From assembly GCA_003693705.1 (NCBI GenBank), contig RBZT01000339.1:1-64000 (forward strand): a stretch of 64,000 nt of DNA, written 5' to 3'. The notes beneath the pieces are model-generated. The model was not told the DNA's origin. It did not search any database and saw only the letters and a list, made by a program, of their open reading frames with translations. Below are positions 13,599 to 25,314 of the stretch, piece by piece (position 1 is the stretch's first letter; each line of letters starts with the position of its first letter). This DNA is from Polymyxa betae A26-41 (Eukaryota; Protista; Endomyxa: Phytomyxea). The translations under genes were made by a program, and so were the position numbers.

Positions 13599-14905
13599 CT
13601 AAGATTGGACAACAGTTTGAAGAACGTCTTCGGAATAGGACTGATAAACTGACGTAATTGGAGCACAACTAATTTCGCTGCCAATCGAGCGCCTTTCAAA
13701 TGGGCTCAGGTTGTTCGTATGCACGGCCTAATAAAAGCATTAAGCATCTTCGACAAGCAATTGACAAAATGTGAATACCTTTCGGTGCTCGAGCAGGGCC
13801 CATCTGATATCGAATGCGACTTTAGCGGCCCAATCACCGGTCAGGCCGTAATCCTTGCACATCGACGAGGCGAAAAACTCCACTGAGATGACAGCCGTCA
13901 GCAAGAAAAATACGAAGCACAGAATCATGACAGACCCGACTCCGGGAACAAATACGGGTTCCAGCAGATTTCGTCGATCAGACGAAACCCATTCAGCGTA
14001 ATATCTATCTGAATAAAACAGCATCACTGCAGGAGTAGACGCAATAAATCAGAGGTCGTACCTTGATAACTATGAGACCCTTCAAAGAATCGGCCAGAGC
14101 AAGTTTTGAGTCCACATTCAGGACGCTTTGGTATTCGGTCGTCTGCCGAATAATCGACCTGGTGTGAAAAATCAGCAAAACGATGCGCTTGAAACGAAGG
14201 CGCTAGAGACCGTTTGATGGGTTCCTTAAAAATATTTTCAGGAAGACCGACATCTTTCAACAGCAGGATTGTGAATGTATCGGGAGTCAGACCCGGATTG
14301 TTGATGTCCCAGACGAACTCGTCCTGGTAGCGCATCGTCTTGAACGATTCGTCGATGCGGATCGGACAAAGCATGCCCTTCGTCCGAATCTGCTTCAAAA
14401 TCGTCCCGATTCTGATTAGAGCTGCGTTGTCAACATCGGAGTCCTAGGAGAAATATCATCTGAGCTTGTTGTTAAATCAAGGCAACAAAGATCCATTACT
14501 GTTGGAGCAGTATTGTTGGCAGAAATGGGCCTTTTTTCGGAGGGCATTGGTACTAAAAGGAAATCTGAGAATTCGACAAACGCGACGGGTTTGGGATTAC
14601 GGGGGATCGATTGTGATATCAGAGGGCTCCGAATCGGGAATTTCTGATAATAAGCGACAGTCCAATCATGGAGCTTGGCGGCTACCGTCTGATATTCAGG
14701 CTGCTATTTGGAAGCCATTTCAGGGCCGGGACAGCGAGGGCGCGTCCCTGCAAAGTCCTACCTGTGCCGAAGCCGGGCTCTGTAGAAACGCTGCCAACTG
14801 TGTCTCGTCGACTCTGGCATCACGAGCGAGATCTGATAGAGCCAGGCGGGTTCTTCGTATCAGATCGACTATGGTCTCGCGTAGTTCACCCGAGCTTAGG
14901 CCCAT
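13599..14905 (-). CDS. SNF5/SMARCB1/Sfh1-like chromatin remodelling subunit
   Basis: Repeat 1 CPIRID...YQDEFVWDINNPGLTPDTF; repeat 2 SVEFFASSMCKDYGLTGDWAAKVAFDIRWAL; gene ends approximate. Confidence 0.78.
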
Positions 14906-15614
14906 CCCTTCGTTAAGGTGAAAAACTGCGCTGTTGAAAATTCAAGATGACTATTCACTAGATATCGGATTCGGCTTTCAAGAAGCGATTGTTATCAAAA
15001 CAATCATGCGAATCTGGGTGGGTTGGAGTCGTCAGCACGACCAATCACATTGGCGTTGTCTGTTGGCATCGAAAAAATCTGTTATTGTCGAATCCGACTT
15101 TGGAATCACAAAGATTGCAGCCATTGCAAATTAGTGGGTAATTGAAGGTTGGGATATATTTCGCTATCTTAAAAAAACAACTGGAGCGACTGTGAAAAGC
15201 AGAAATGATTGGATCCAGATAGGCAAGCAATGTGGTAGAATGTTTAGATAAATTTATTACATATAATTAGAGTTTTTGGGGAAGAAAATCCTCAGAGATC
15301 GCAGTTGCAATTTCATGACGAAATCAAATTAGAGGTGTCAGATATTTGAGTTCATGCACTACTCATCATCGGATTTCGGGTCCATCGCGAACTGTTCCGA
15401 CCTAAACAGAAAGCGGTCAGAACCACCGAAGGTTGGAAGACGAAACAACGTCAAATAAAGCAGTGTATCAGAACAGAAAGTCGTCTCCAAGAACGCCGAA
15501 GCGCTATGTGGAAGTCAGACAGGGATAACTAATTACTCATCATAATAGCCAAACAAAGCGAAAATGAACATGCAATCATAATAGGAATTAGATGGGCTTA
15601 CATTATGGTCTTAT

Positions 15615-15664
15615 ACATGATTGCATCCAGTCCACGTCCACTTGTGGACTGGATGCAATCATGT
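15615..15664. repeat. Perfect 21-bp inverted repeat with 8-nt loop
   Basis: acatgattgcatccagtccac-gtccactt-gtggactggatgcaatcatgt. Confidence 0.95.
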
Positions 15665-16074
15665 TGATCGTGCACAAACACGATTAAAACAAGAATGAAG
15701 GTGGGCCAGGAGGCGATGCGATCCAAGCTCGACTCCGGATGCAGCCGGAATCCGTGACGGACTTACTTTTACTGATGTCAATAATGCCGATGATATATCG
15801 GCGTTGCCTTAATCTCCAGAAAATCTGCATAATTTTCACAATTGCGATAGATTTCCAGTTCCAGGATTTTGAACATGAAAGCTGACCTATAAAAGCCAGT
15901 CCGATCCGCATTCAAATTTCGTTTGATGCCCATACCAGATCGAAGCACTATAGTATTTATTGCCTTGGAGGTAATTGCCAGAACTTCTGGGCTACAATAT
16001 CGGTTCTGAAAAGGGAGCCGTGGTGACCTTCTACAATTGGCGTTGAGCAGCGTTTCAGTTGAACCAAATTGATA

Positions 16075-17717
16075 TCATACGAATGCTAATTGAGAATGGT
16101 CAAACTCATCGGTTCTCTTAAATCTCTCGTACCTAATAAATCACATCTTCATTTTCAATTAAAGGTCCGGTTCACAATACTCACGAATCTGTTTTCATCA
16201 GTTCGTAGATTTCGTCCTGTGCTCGACAAAGCAGTTCCGGAATCTGATCGAGGCATTGCAGTCTTAGCTTGTGATTTCGGCCGAAACAAGATCGAATCGC
16301 CAGCAGTAGATTGCTGTTGAGATTCACTTCGAACGGCGCCGACTCTGCCAGATACATGGCGTAGATACGATTGATGTTCATTTCCAGAGCAATGACCGCC
16401 GGCCCTTGAGCTCGGAACCTATTCGAATATTGTTCGGCAGGGTGCCTCTTTTTAAACTGGCTGAGACCTACCAATTCCTGTGGCCAGTCTCCAAACCGCT
16501 ACGACCCGCATGAGACGCTTTCCATCCACCATATTTCATTCGTAGATGCAGCACATCCGAGTAATATCTCCAATTCTCCACCTTACATCCGCGACAGTGA
16601 GTTTTTTGCAAATTCTCTTTAAAAAAACGTTACCGAGAACTCTTTCGTTAAAAAAGTGACGAAATCGTTGGCAATGCCGGTATTAGTATCAAGCATTCTA
16701 CGCAGGTCCACTGTTTTGTTTTTGTAAACGTCTTCGCGAGCGAGCGCGAGCGAATCCTGAAAGTCGCCGGCGTTTGCTGTCGAGGTCAACCCGACAACCA
16801 CCATCGGCATCGACATGACGTAACTCAGTTTCATATCTTTGTAGAGCATCATAAGAGGTCTTGCCAGGCTGACATGAATAGCACGAAGGGCGCACAGATT
16901 CACCGATAATGGCAGCCTGTGACAACATCAAATCAGCACCATGATACGGATTCATGCAATGACAGCCCGACATGATGATAAAGCAGCGGGTCTGCTCAAG
17001 GCTCGGGAACAGCACAGCGATGAACCAGAATGGGAAGGCGCCAATTAGCAGAGTGCCGCCCATCGTTATCAACTCGTTCTTAATCTCAAATGCATCGACC
17101 ACTAGGCGCATATTGTAAGACACATAGACAGCGACCGACAGCAGGCCGGCCAGCACGCCCGACACCCCGAAGAACCACAACCATGGTGATGTGCAGATGG
17201 CAGCCTCGGCTGGTCCCTCCCAGGAATTCTTCCAGCCATTAATCTCGATAAACAGTAGCCAACAGGCGATATGGCAGACGAACGATACCGCCAGGAATAT
17301 AGAGACGGCCCTGTCGGTGGCTAAATGTGTGTGGTTTAGCCACCAATTCTGGTCGTCCAGACTGGCATCGGCTTTCTGTGCACACAGAGCTTTGGAGACA
17401 TGCCAGTTGTATAATAGCAGCCAACTTCTTATCAGATACAGATCCAAAGTGAGCATGCCGAGGACCGAGTTCGTAAATAAAATTTGTGAGCAAGATGGAT
17501 AATGGCTCCATCCATCGTAGCCGAAAGATAATGTCGCTATCATGATTAGGAAATGGTTGACGAGAGCCCATTCGGCTCGTCTCGCTTTCAGCATCGGGTG
17601 CTTGCGCCATCGATAGTAGAACACGGCCAAGATGGGCACCGTTATCATGACAGTGAATATACAAATAACCAGAAGTGTTCTCTGGATCTCATAGATAATG
17701 TCTTCCGCTTGGCCCAT
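16075..17717 (-). CDS. 7TM receptor-RGS fusion protein, copy 1 (apparently intact)
   Basis: Seven hydrophobic segments followed by RGS box motifs FLTKEFSVENW, IYAMYLAESAPFEVNL and AQDEIYELMKTDSYERF; four short introns keep the frame. Confidence 0.9.
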
Positions 17718-18044
17718 CGCTCTACAGGGGAGACTGATAGAATATAGTGTGTACGTGTGCTTGTAAGAAGAATAAATCTCGGTCACCAGAATCCACATTC
17801 TTTATCCACGAAGAGACAAGCCCTGGCGTTTTTCGAGAACAATCGAGTTCTTCCATGATGCCATTCAACGTTCATTTACAGCCTCGATCATTACATCAGA
17901 TTGCTATTACAAACCTGGACCATAGTCGTCTGCAATTTGGACCTTCTGGGATCCCATCCAGCCACGTTGAAGCAACATCTCCTTAAAATTAGTAAGCCAA
18001 GTGACCGCCGAAAGCCTGAATACGACTAAAATTTTCAAAATCCG

Positions 18045-18359
18045 ATGCTGCAGCGATGGATCTTGCCGTGTTTTGGCCGACTGCGATATGTAAAACATAA
18101 AGACGAAGACGATGGCGAATCAGGGACTTATCAGCCTATACACGAGCATGGAGAAGAGACGAACGTATCGCCGAACACCAGCGGCCAATACAGCACAATC
18201 TCTGTCAAAAGCTGCCTGAAATCGAGGCGATTCTCAAGCGAAGGCCTGAGTTCGAAACTGAGCGCAAGTCGGCGCCACGTTCATTTCAGCGACCGCGTCA
18301 TAGTGGTCAATGTCGAGAAGCTCGTCCCGTTCGACGGCGAACACCGCTTGGTGATGTAA
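18045..18359 (+). CDS. Small protein with SILK-like and RVxF PP1-docking motifs
   Basis: 104 aa ORF containing PCFGR, an acidic patch, KSCLK and RRHVHFSDRVIVV. Confidence 0.6.
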   Translation: MLQRWILPCFGRLRYVKHKDEDDGESGTYQPIHEHGEETNVSPNTSGQYSTISVKSCLKSRRFSSEGLSSKLSASRRHVHFSDRVIVVNVEKLVPFDGEHRLVM

Positions 18360-18910
18360 TATAACCCATCCCAATAAACATGTAAAGGCTGTATACAACA
18401 CCTGGTTGCCACAAGATAAAGGGTTGCTCCATTGACTTGGAAATGAAGTGACGGTAGGACATCTTCATGCAGTTTACGTTACATGGCGGTGCCCATTGGG
18501 CTCCGAACGATATTCGAACATCAGGGCTTCGAGCAATCTTCAATCATTCACCCAACCCAAGCAAACAAGTTCTCGAATCTAGGTCACAGACTTCGTGATT
18601 CTTGAAAGCCATCTCAACTTGAGATCCACGCGGCCCAGATCGGCCCGAACTCAAAGGTGAGATTTACCAAGATATTCGATCGTGATCATTTAATACAGGG
18701 GTCAGTGAAGGGATTGAGGTGCGCTTGAGGGCCGACAGAGTCGCATGATTTTATCAGGCTGTCGCATTGGAACGGTGGAGCATCCCGGATCCCTTGAAAA
18801 GTAACGTTACCTCCTCACCGAATGTGAGAGTGATGTGAATTTGATAGCAGCAACTGGGTCATATTGTCCACCTGTCTGCCGCATTCATTCCGATCTAATT
18901 GCATTTCCCG

Positions 18911-19956
18911 ATGGTGGTTGGGTGCCAGGCTGGGCCTGGATTGTTCGCGCCGTGTCTCTGGATTGAATCGGGCCTGGCAGCGGCATTCCATGCCGTCGTC
19001 TATGTCGCCAATGACAGGATCGTGTCTTGTAAGCTGGGCGTATCGGGATGAAAAATTACATTGATTCGATTTTAATTCAGTGTTCTTTCCCAAGTATCGA
19101 CAATTGAACCAGCATGAAAAAACATCGTTTAGATCGAATATCGGATATCTATTCAATGCAGCCGTCTGTCTGGTCTCTATCATCCATATGCTAGTCTCGG
19201 ATTATATTGCTCTGGTTTCTCAAGGTATTTCGCACTCGTTTTGCTAATAGAGAGCATTTATATACGATCATGCAGATCCATTACATGCATATCCTCATTT
19301 ATTATCATATTATGGGCCCGCAATCTTGGGATTTTACGTTTTCAAATTCGTCGGTCAGTTGGCTTATGAAATCCAGTTATCGAATGCAACGGAGATTGTC
19401 ATGAAATCGGATGGAAGCTATAATCGCAGGGCGTCGATGGTTCCGTTAATCCGGCCGTTGCTCTTGTGCTTCATAATCATTCATTCTTTGCATTCGAAAC
19501 TATTCGGAATCTATGGTATCGCGTGGCAATGTGCTTTCATGTTTGTCGGTTTACATTTTGAAATAGGGTTCTTCATAGCGATCATTTCGTTTCAGGAAGT
19601 ATTCGAAGCAGGTTAGTTAATGGATCCGGGATCGTTAAATTCTGATATTCTTTCCAACAGTCACAATGCTATTGAGGTTGACTTTAAAGACAGCCTCTGA
19701 AAAGAGTCGCGTCTACCGAATCGTTAACGCTTTACAGTATATCACCTTCCCTCTGTTACGTTGGCTGTCTGGACCGTATTCCTCATATTTGCTTTGGCGT
19801 CACTTTAGATCGTTTGTTGAAAATGTTTCTTGGCCAGTAATTGCCGCCTACATGATGTCAATGTTTTATGAAAATCTGTACACATTCCTTTTCGGGATCC
19901 AGGCAGTCATCTACATTGTCAAGCCTGATTTCCTAAAGGTTCCTAATATTGATTAA
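18911..19956 (+). CDS. Divergent TLC (TRAM/LAG1/CLN8)-domain-like membrane protein
   Basis: Spliced: MVVGCQ...FFPKYRQLNQHEKTSFRSNIGYLFNA...EVFEAVTMLLRL...SRVYRIVNALQYITFPLLRW; several TM helices in a TLCD4-like layout. Confidence 0.6.
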
Positions 19957-20123
19957 ATGTGTATTACATACTTGGAAGAAAGTCGCAACTCAAATTAAAT
20001 ACCTCTCTACTCTTCATGCCCGAAGATAGATGTACATAGGAGGCCCGGCTGTTGCATCGTGTGTAACCGGCTGTATGACGATTAGAATCGATTCGAATCC
20101 ATTCTAGTGTTCAATTCGAAGCT

Positions 20124-20382
20124 ATGGAAGGCGATGATGTCGAAAAGGTTCATTTCTGGGTCACACTTGTGTTCGTTTCTGATACTTTGGTAGGCAGCTA
20201 TTGTCGAATCCGAGCACTTCGATGTAGTTCTTCCAAGAACTGGATTATTGTTTTCAGAGAAGGGCGATCTCACGGAGGTGCTGTGTAAGCCAAAAATTAT
20301 GGCGATCAAATCTGCTAGTCTGGAAGCGTTAGAACGAGCGGAGAGAGAATCGGCTCAAGGAAAGAACATTCAAAAATCTTAA
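20124..20382 (+). CDS. BBIP1: BBSome-interacting protein 1 (BBS18), two exons, missing from the ORF track
   Basis: Exon 20124-20147, intron 20148-20193, then AAIVESEHFDVVLPRTGLLFSEKGDLTEVLCKPKIMAIKSASLEALE; matches the BBIP1 pattern VLP..G.LF.E....VLCKPK....KS..LE. Confidence 0.88.
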
Positions 20383-20394
20383 TATCTACATATA

Positions 20395-23142
20395 TTATAA
20401 ATGCTGATTTGAAGGTAGAACTTCATCGATGATGTCAAAACCGGATTGAATCATCTTCAACCTATCTTGGACATACGCCCGGTCAGCCCTTTTCATAATG
20501 TGTGGCTCTCGGCATATCTGTTCTATCAGTTCTTCGAACTGATCGGCAGTTGTCAATGAGTTTGTTGGATTCGTCAGAACCGACACAGCTACAGCGGCAA
20601 CAGAAAATTGATAGAATGTCAAAAAAGGACTAGATTTTGCGCTTAATTGAACTCCAAGAAATATCACCCGAATGTCCTCTGGACGAGGACGTGGATCTAA
20701 CGATGACCAAATGGCAGAGAACCCATCAAGGCCGATAGCGATATCAGTTCGTGATATGATCCGGTCCCTGGTTCCAGAAAACGCTACAAACAGCTTCAGA
20801 AGTGTGTCATGATGCTTTCTCAAAGCTGCACGAATGTCAGTCTGTAGGCATCTTAGATAAAATAACTCGCCATTGCTCCAATCCATATAAGGCTGAACCG
20901 TCTTAGACGAGCCCGAACCAAATCGCCTCTTGCAAAATCTGGCGAATTTCTGATGGAACTGCAAAGACGACTTCTTGAAGGCAATTTGAGATGATTTCAT
21001 AATGACGGTGACGAAATCTTCGAAATTCAAGTGATCCGAAACCGTGATCTCCGGCAATAATCGCTCAATTGCAAACGGAGACAGCTTGTCAGATTCGATG
21101 ATGTGGAACTGAATCAGAAATCGCCAAAACTGATCTATGTGCAGACTATCAGATTCGTGCTCCAAATAGGACAGATAGACATCCAGTAGTACATGCAGCC
21201 ATTTCTCCATTCTCGACAGAGCCATGCTTAAATCGGGGACTTTCTGCCCCGACTGTTCCAATAATAGAGCCAAGACTGCTTCAAAGTTGTTCGATCTGAT
21301 GAGGGATTGGAACAGATCGGTTTGCCTCTGACGTATGTCTTGAAGAAGATCTCGAAATAAAACGGACTCAGCTGCAGCATAAGCCTCGTTTGAGATCACC
21401 GATTCAGCATTCATGCTGAGAAGCCGAATGGGATCAAGTTTGGCGCTCACCAGCCACGCCATTGCTGATCGAATTGACAGATCCGACCCGCATGCAATGT
21501 ACTCGAATACATCAGCGTCGAGATCGCTTATTTTCGGAATTGAGTCGTCGATAATACGGAGCTGAATCAAGCCATAGCTGATGCAGCGCTGGAAATACGA
21601 AATCAATTGCATTTGGCATTCTTTCGGATCGTTCCCGAACGATTGTGTTAATTGAGTATTGTACATATTACAGTCCGAATGACCAGGATCTGATTGACGA
21701 AGGCGTTGTGGAAAAAAGTTGTAACTTTTGACGCACTGCTCGAGTTCGAAAAGGCATGAGGTTTGAAACTGATAGCCATCGTTATAGACTTGTAATTGTT
21801 TTGCACATATATCATGCTTTCTTTGAGCGTCCACAAGCTGATACTGTTTTTCGTCTAGCTGCTGATTAAGAGATTTCTTCAGTCTTCTATTCTTGATCCG
21901 GATGGTCTCCGCTTGAGCCATTTCTGTCTCTAGCCGCAGGATCGATTCATGTGAAGCTTCCAGCTTCAGTTTCGCTGTGATCATCCTTCTTTCAACCGCC
22001 CAGGCTTTCCAGAATAACATCGTCGACTTCAGGCTGACTTTAGATTTGCGCGAAGCTTTGATACGGTCGAGGTATTTCAGCATCACGAGCCGTCGCCGTC
22101 GAGCTGAATCGGTGAAAGCATTCAGTTCGCAAAATACAACAGCCTTGATATGCTGTTGCCATTTTAGCACAACCTTTTTTGTCTGCAATCGCCACTTTTC
22201 TGAGCTTGATGTTTTTCGTTGAATTCTGGACAGGGTCTCTTTTCTGTCGCGAGAATATTGTCGAGCCAATACCGAGGCAGTTCGATTCAAGTCTAGCAGC
22301 TCTTGAAAATATGGCCGATAGCCAAGTGATCTGTCCAGTTGTAATCTGCCGGAGAATAACGAAAATCCAATCTGTTCAGCTAAATCTGAGAAACAATCAA
22401 CCGACGGCAGATATGTTGATGAAACCTGTATGACCTAGAAGGAATGATGACTGGCTATGCAAACTGCATAATCGAACAAGCATATCGTAGTAGACCCAAG
22501 CTATTAATTTGTGAGGCTTGCGTAACGATTCGGTAGCCATTTGTAGCTCATTCAAACGGAACAGAAATGACGACACAGACAGCTTCGACGATTTGACATC
22601 ATTTTGGTACTGCTGAATCCAATCCTGCAAATTGATCACGAATATATCGGAATCGATATTCTCCTCGAGCTGGAGGAACGCCAGCAGCTGGTCTGGACAT
22701 ATTTGAAATTATCGAATGGTTCAACTGAGACCTTTTTACCACTGAGAATCGTAGGTTCGACACGCTGATCTTTGTCTGGAATAGAAGTTGAGTCCCTATA
22801 CTTGTATATCTTATTAGAGATATACGGATCCTGTAATGTGGTAGCTGTTGAATGGTGTAAACTGAAAGGCTTGCAAATCGCATGCTTGGAGTGCACCCTA
22901 TTTTGTTTAATTAAAGGAAGTCCGGGAGTCGATGCTACTTTTGACAACTGCTTCGGACGAATCCTCTTCCATCTGTGTAATTCTGTATTGGTATTCGATC
23001 TAAGCAAAGTTTTCGAAGCATGGCAATGTAGTGCCTGAGCATATTGTAGTGTCTCACTTTCCGATGCTACCATCATAGACACAAGTATTATGCAACTGTA
23101 CTTCGACCTCAACAGAGTTTTATTACGAATACAAAAACCCAT
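20395..23142 (-). CDS. Large uncharacterised coiled-coil protein with C-terminal EF-hand-like segments; start uncertain
   Basis: 631 aa terminal ORF plus upstream exons; coiled-coil stretch; LNFEDFV and LTFYQFS EF-hand-like helices. Confidence 0.65.
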
Positions 23143-23159
23143 GATGGATCCAGAGCCTT

Positions 23160-24173
23160 TTACTTGCTAACTACAGGTATGCCGTCGAGTAACAGCTCGT
23201 GCAGCGGCGATCCCGAATCCATCATCTCTTCCGAAGACAACGAATCTGAATCGTCAAATGACGAGTGATCAGAACCTGAAGGCCGCAACCCCAATTCAGC
23301 ACTCTGCTGCGTAACGTAACTCATACAAGACAGACCTGCTGCTGATGATGATGGAGGTTGCCCCATGTAGGATCCTGACGTGTAGGCGGGACCTCCTGCA
23401 ATTGAGCCGCCGTATCCTTCATTCATCTTTGCTGTAGGTGATGTGTAACCAGAACCTGGGGTCAATGGCTGAGAGATATAGCTGGAGCCGGATGTCGATG
23501 GTGATGGTATCGAGCCAGAGCCAGAGTAGCCGGTGCTTCCGGTTGGAGACATGTAACTGGAACCCGAAGTCGACTTGCACGAGCTAGAATCGGAAGCAGC
23601 AGACTGATGACTGACTCGACTTGCAGTGGGAGCAGTATTGTAGGATCCAGCTTGGCTCGTTTGCGTTCCATACGAGGCAGAGCTTGGTCTAGCTTGGCCA
23701 TAGGACGCCTGCGATTGCGGAATGATCATAGGCTGAGATAAGGCACGATCTTCAATGATGTCGTCTACGACGTTGTCATAGATGCAGACCAATACAATGC
23801 CTGCGCCGTACTCGGAACCGAATTGTTGGCTACAATCGGCTTTGGCGCAACCGACTTTCTGGATGGCTTGAAAGCCAGATGGGTAGGCCTGATAGCTTCC
23901 CGCCGTCCTTACCAGAGCATTGCACGATTGACCCTCACCAATACTTGTCCCTGGTTTGGGACAAGTAAGAGCTAATTGCAACGCCTGGTTTTCCAGTTTG
24001 GGCGACCAAGATACGGGCGACATTCCCGCCTGTTGCCGACCCCGATTGCAGATGCTTAAAAGCTGCTGCTTCTCCATTCGGGTCGTGAGTACGACGTTTA
24101 GGGCAACATCGGCATCGTTCTGTGCACGATTTGAATGCATCAGGAAAACAGCGACCAGTAGCAATCGCAGCAT
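23160..24173 (-). CDS. Secreted CAP (SCP/PR-1)-like protein with Ser/Gly/Pro-rich tail
   Basis: Signal peptide MLRLLLVAVFL; LLSICNRGRQQAGMSPVSWSPKLENQA, KVGCAKADC and LVCIY; intronless 337 aa. Confidence 0.78.
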   Translation of the reverse strand: MLRLLLVAVFLMHSNRAQNDADVALNVVLTTRMEKQQLLSICNRGRQQAGMSPVSWSPKLENQALQLALTCPKPGTSIGEGQSCNALVRTAGSYQAYPSGFQAIQKVGCAKADCSQQFGSEYGAGIVLVCIYDNVVDDIIEDRALSQPMIIPQSQASYGQARPSSASYGTQTSQAGSYNTAPTASRVSHQSAASDSSSCKSTSGSSYMSPTGSTGYSGSGSIPSPSTSGSSYISQPLTPGSGYTSPTAKMNEGYGGSIAGGPAYTSGSYMGQPPSSSAAGLSCMSYVTQQSAELGLRPSGSDHSSFDDSDSLSSEEMMDSGSPLHELLLDGIPVVSK

Positions 24174-24454
24174 TTCGTACGAAAGTTTGAAAAAATTGGT
24201 TTGGGATAAAACGGTTGGTTTGAGATGTTAGTTCCATCTTCCGGTCATGATAAGAATATCAATACCCTTGTTTCGTGAGTCAACCTCGTTCCGGAACCCA
24301 GAAACGTTCCCTGACCGTTCCGATTTGATCGTTCATGACCACCGACTGTGGTCCGATCTGGAAGCCGTCGGTGGTCCAGATTGGTTGCTATCGGTTGCAT
24401 CAATTTGACTTTGGGAAGCTATGAGTGCTCGGAATATTCATAAGTTTTGTCGTA

Positions 24455-25249
24455 ATGCCATCGAATCCACGTCTGAAGCTAACGTATTTCGATATCAAGG
24501 CACGTGCCGAACCCATTCGCTTGGCGTTATTCATAGGCGATATCGACTTTGAAGATGAACGCATCACTTTCGAGCAATTTAAAGACGTGAAACCGAGCTT
24601 ACCGTTCGGGCAGCTGCCAATACTCAAAATCAATGACGACCTCGTTCTCACTCAGGTGAATTTATTCACATGTTGCTATAAAGTTGAAGATTTTTTTTGT
24701 AAATCACGATTAATTAAGTTATGTAGTGTTCACATTTTCGATTTAATCCATCGCTTACTGAAATCCTGAATTCTCCGAATATTGTTGAGATTGATAGATT
24801 TTTATTAGTCGTCGGCTATTGCTCGTTATTGTGCAAAACTGGCCAAGTTGTATCCAGACGATTCTCTTCAAGCCGCAAAAGTGGATGAATTCATCGGTGC
24901 CTGCGATGATTTCTCCGAAGAAATATCAAAATCCATCCATGTTGAGCATGAGCAGAAGCAGAAGATGCGACATGAATTCTCCAACAATTTCTACCCAAGA
25001 TGGCTCAACTATATTGAGAAGCTGTTGAGCCAAAACCGATTCGATTACTGTGTAGGAGATAGCTTGACATTAGCAGATCTCTATCTCTACACGCATATGG
25101 ACTATCTGGTCTCTGGCATCTTGGAACAAGTTCCAGGTGACTTAGCTTGCAAAAAGGAACAAATTCGTAAACACTTCGACATGATCAAGAGCAACAAAAA
25201 GATCTGCCAATGGAACGATAAGCATGCATCGAAGAGCCCCCAGATATAG
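24455..25249 (+). CDS. Glutathione S-transferase (sigma-like)
   Basis: KLTYFDIKARAEPIRL, LPFGQLPIL, TQ|SSAIARY and VGDSLTLADL; intron about 24656-24808. Confidence 0.93.
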
Positions 25250-25314
25250 ACGACATAATTGCTTGGTTTTGTTACAAATATAATGTGTGTGAACGATTCG
25301 TCAAACAATGTTGT

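Noticed and set aside
15300-15911. Hydrophobic minus-strand fragments resembling a decayed membrane-protein gene
   Set aside because: Several stops and no recognisable family; cannot be supported without a search.
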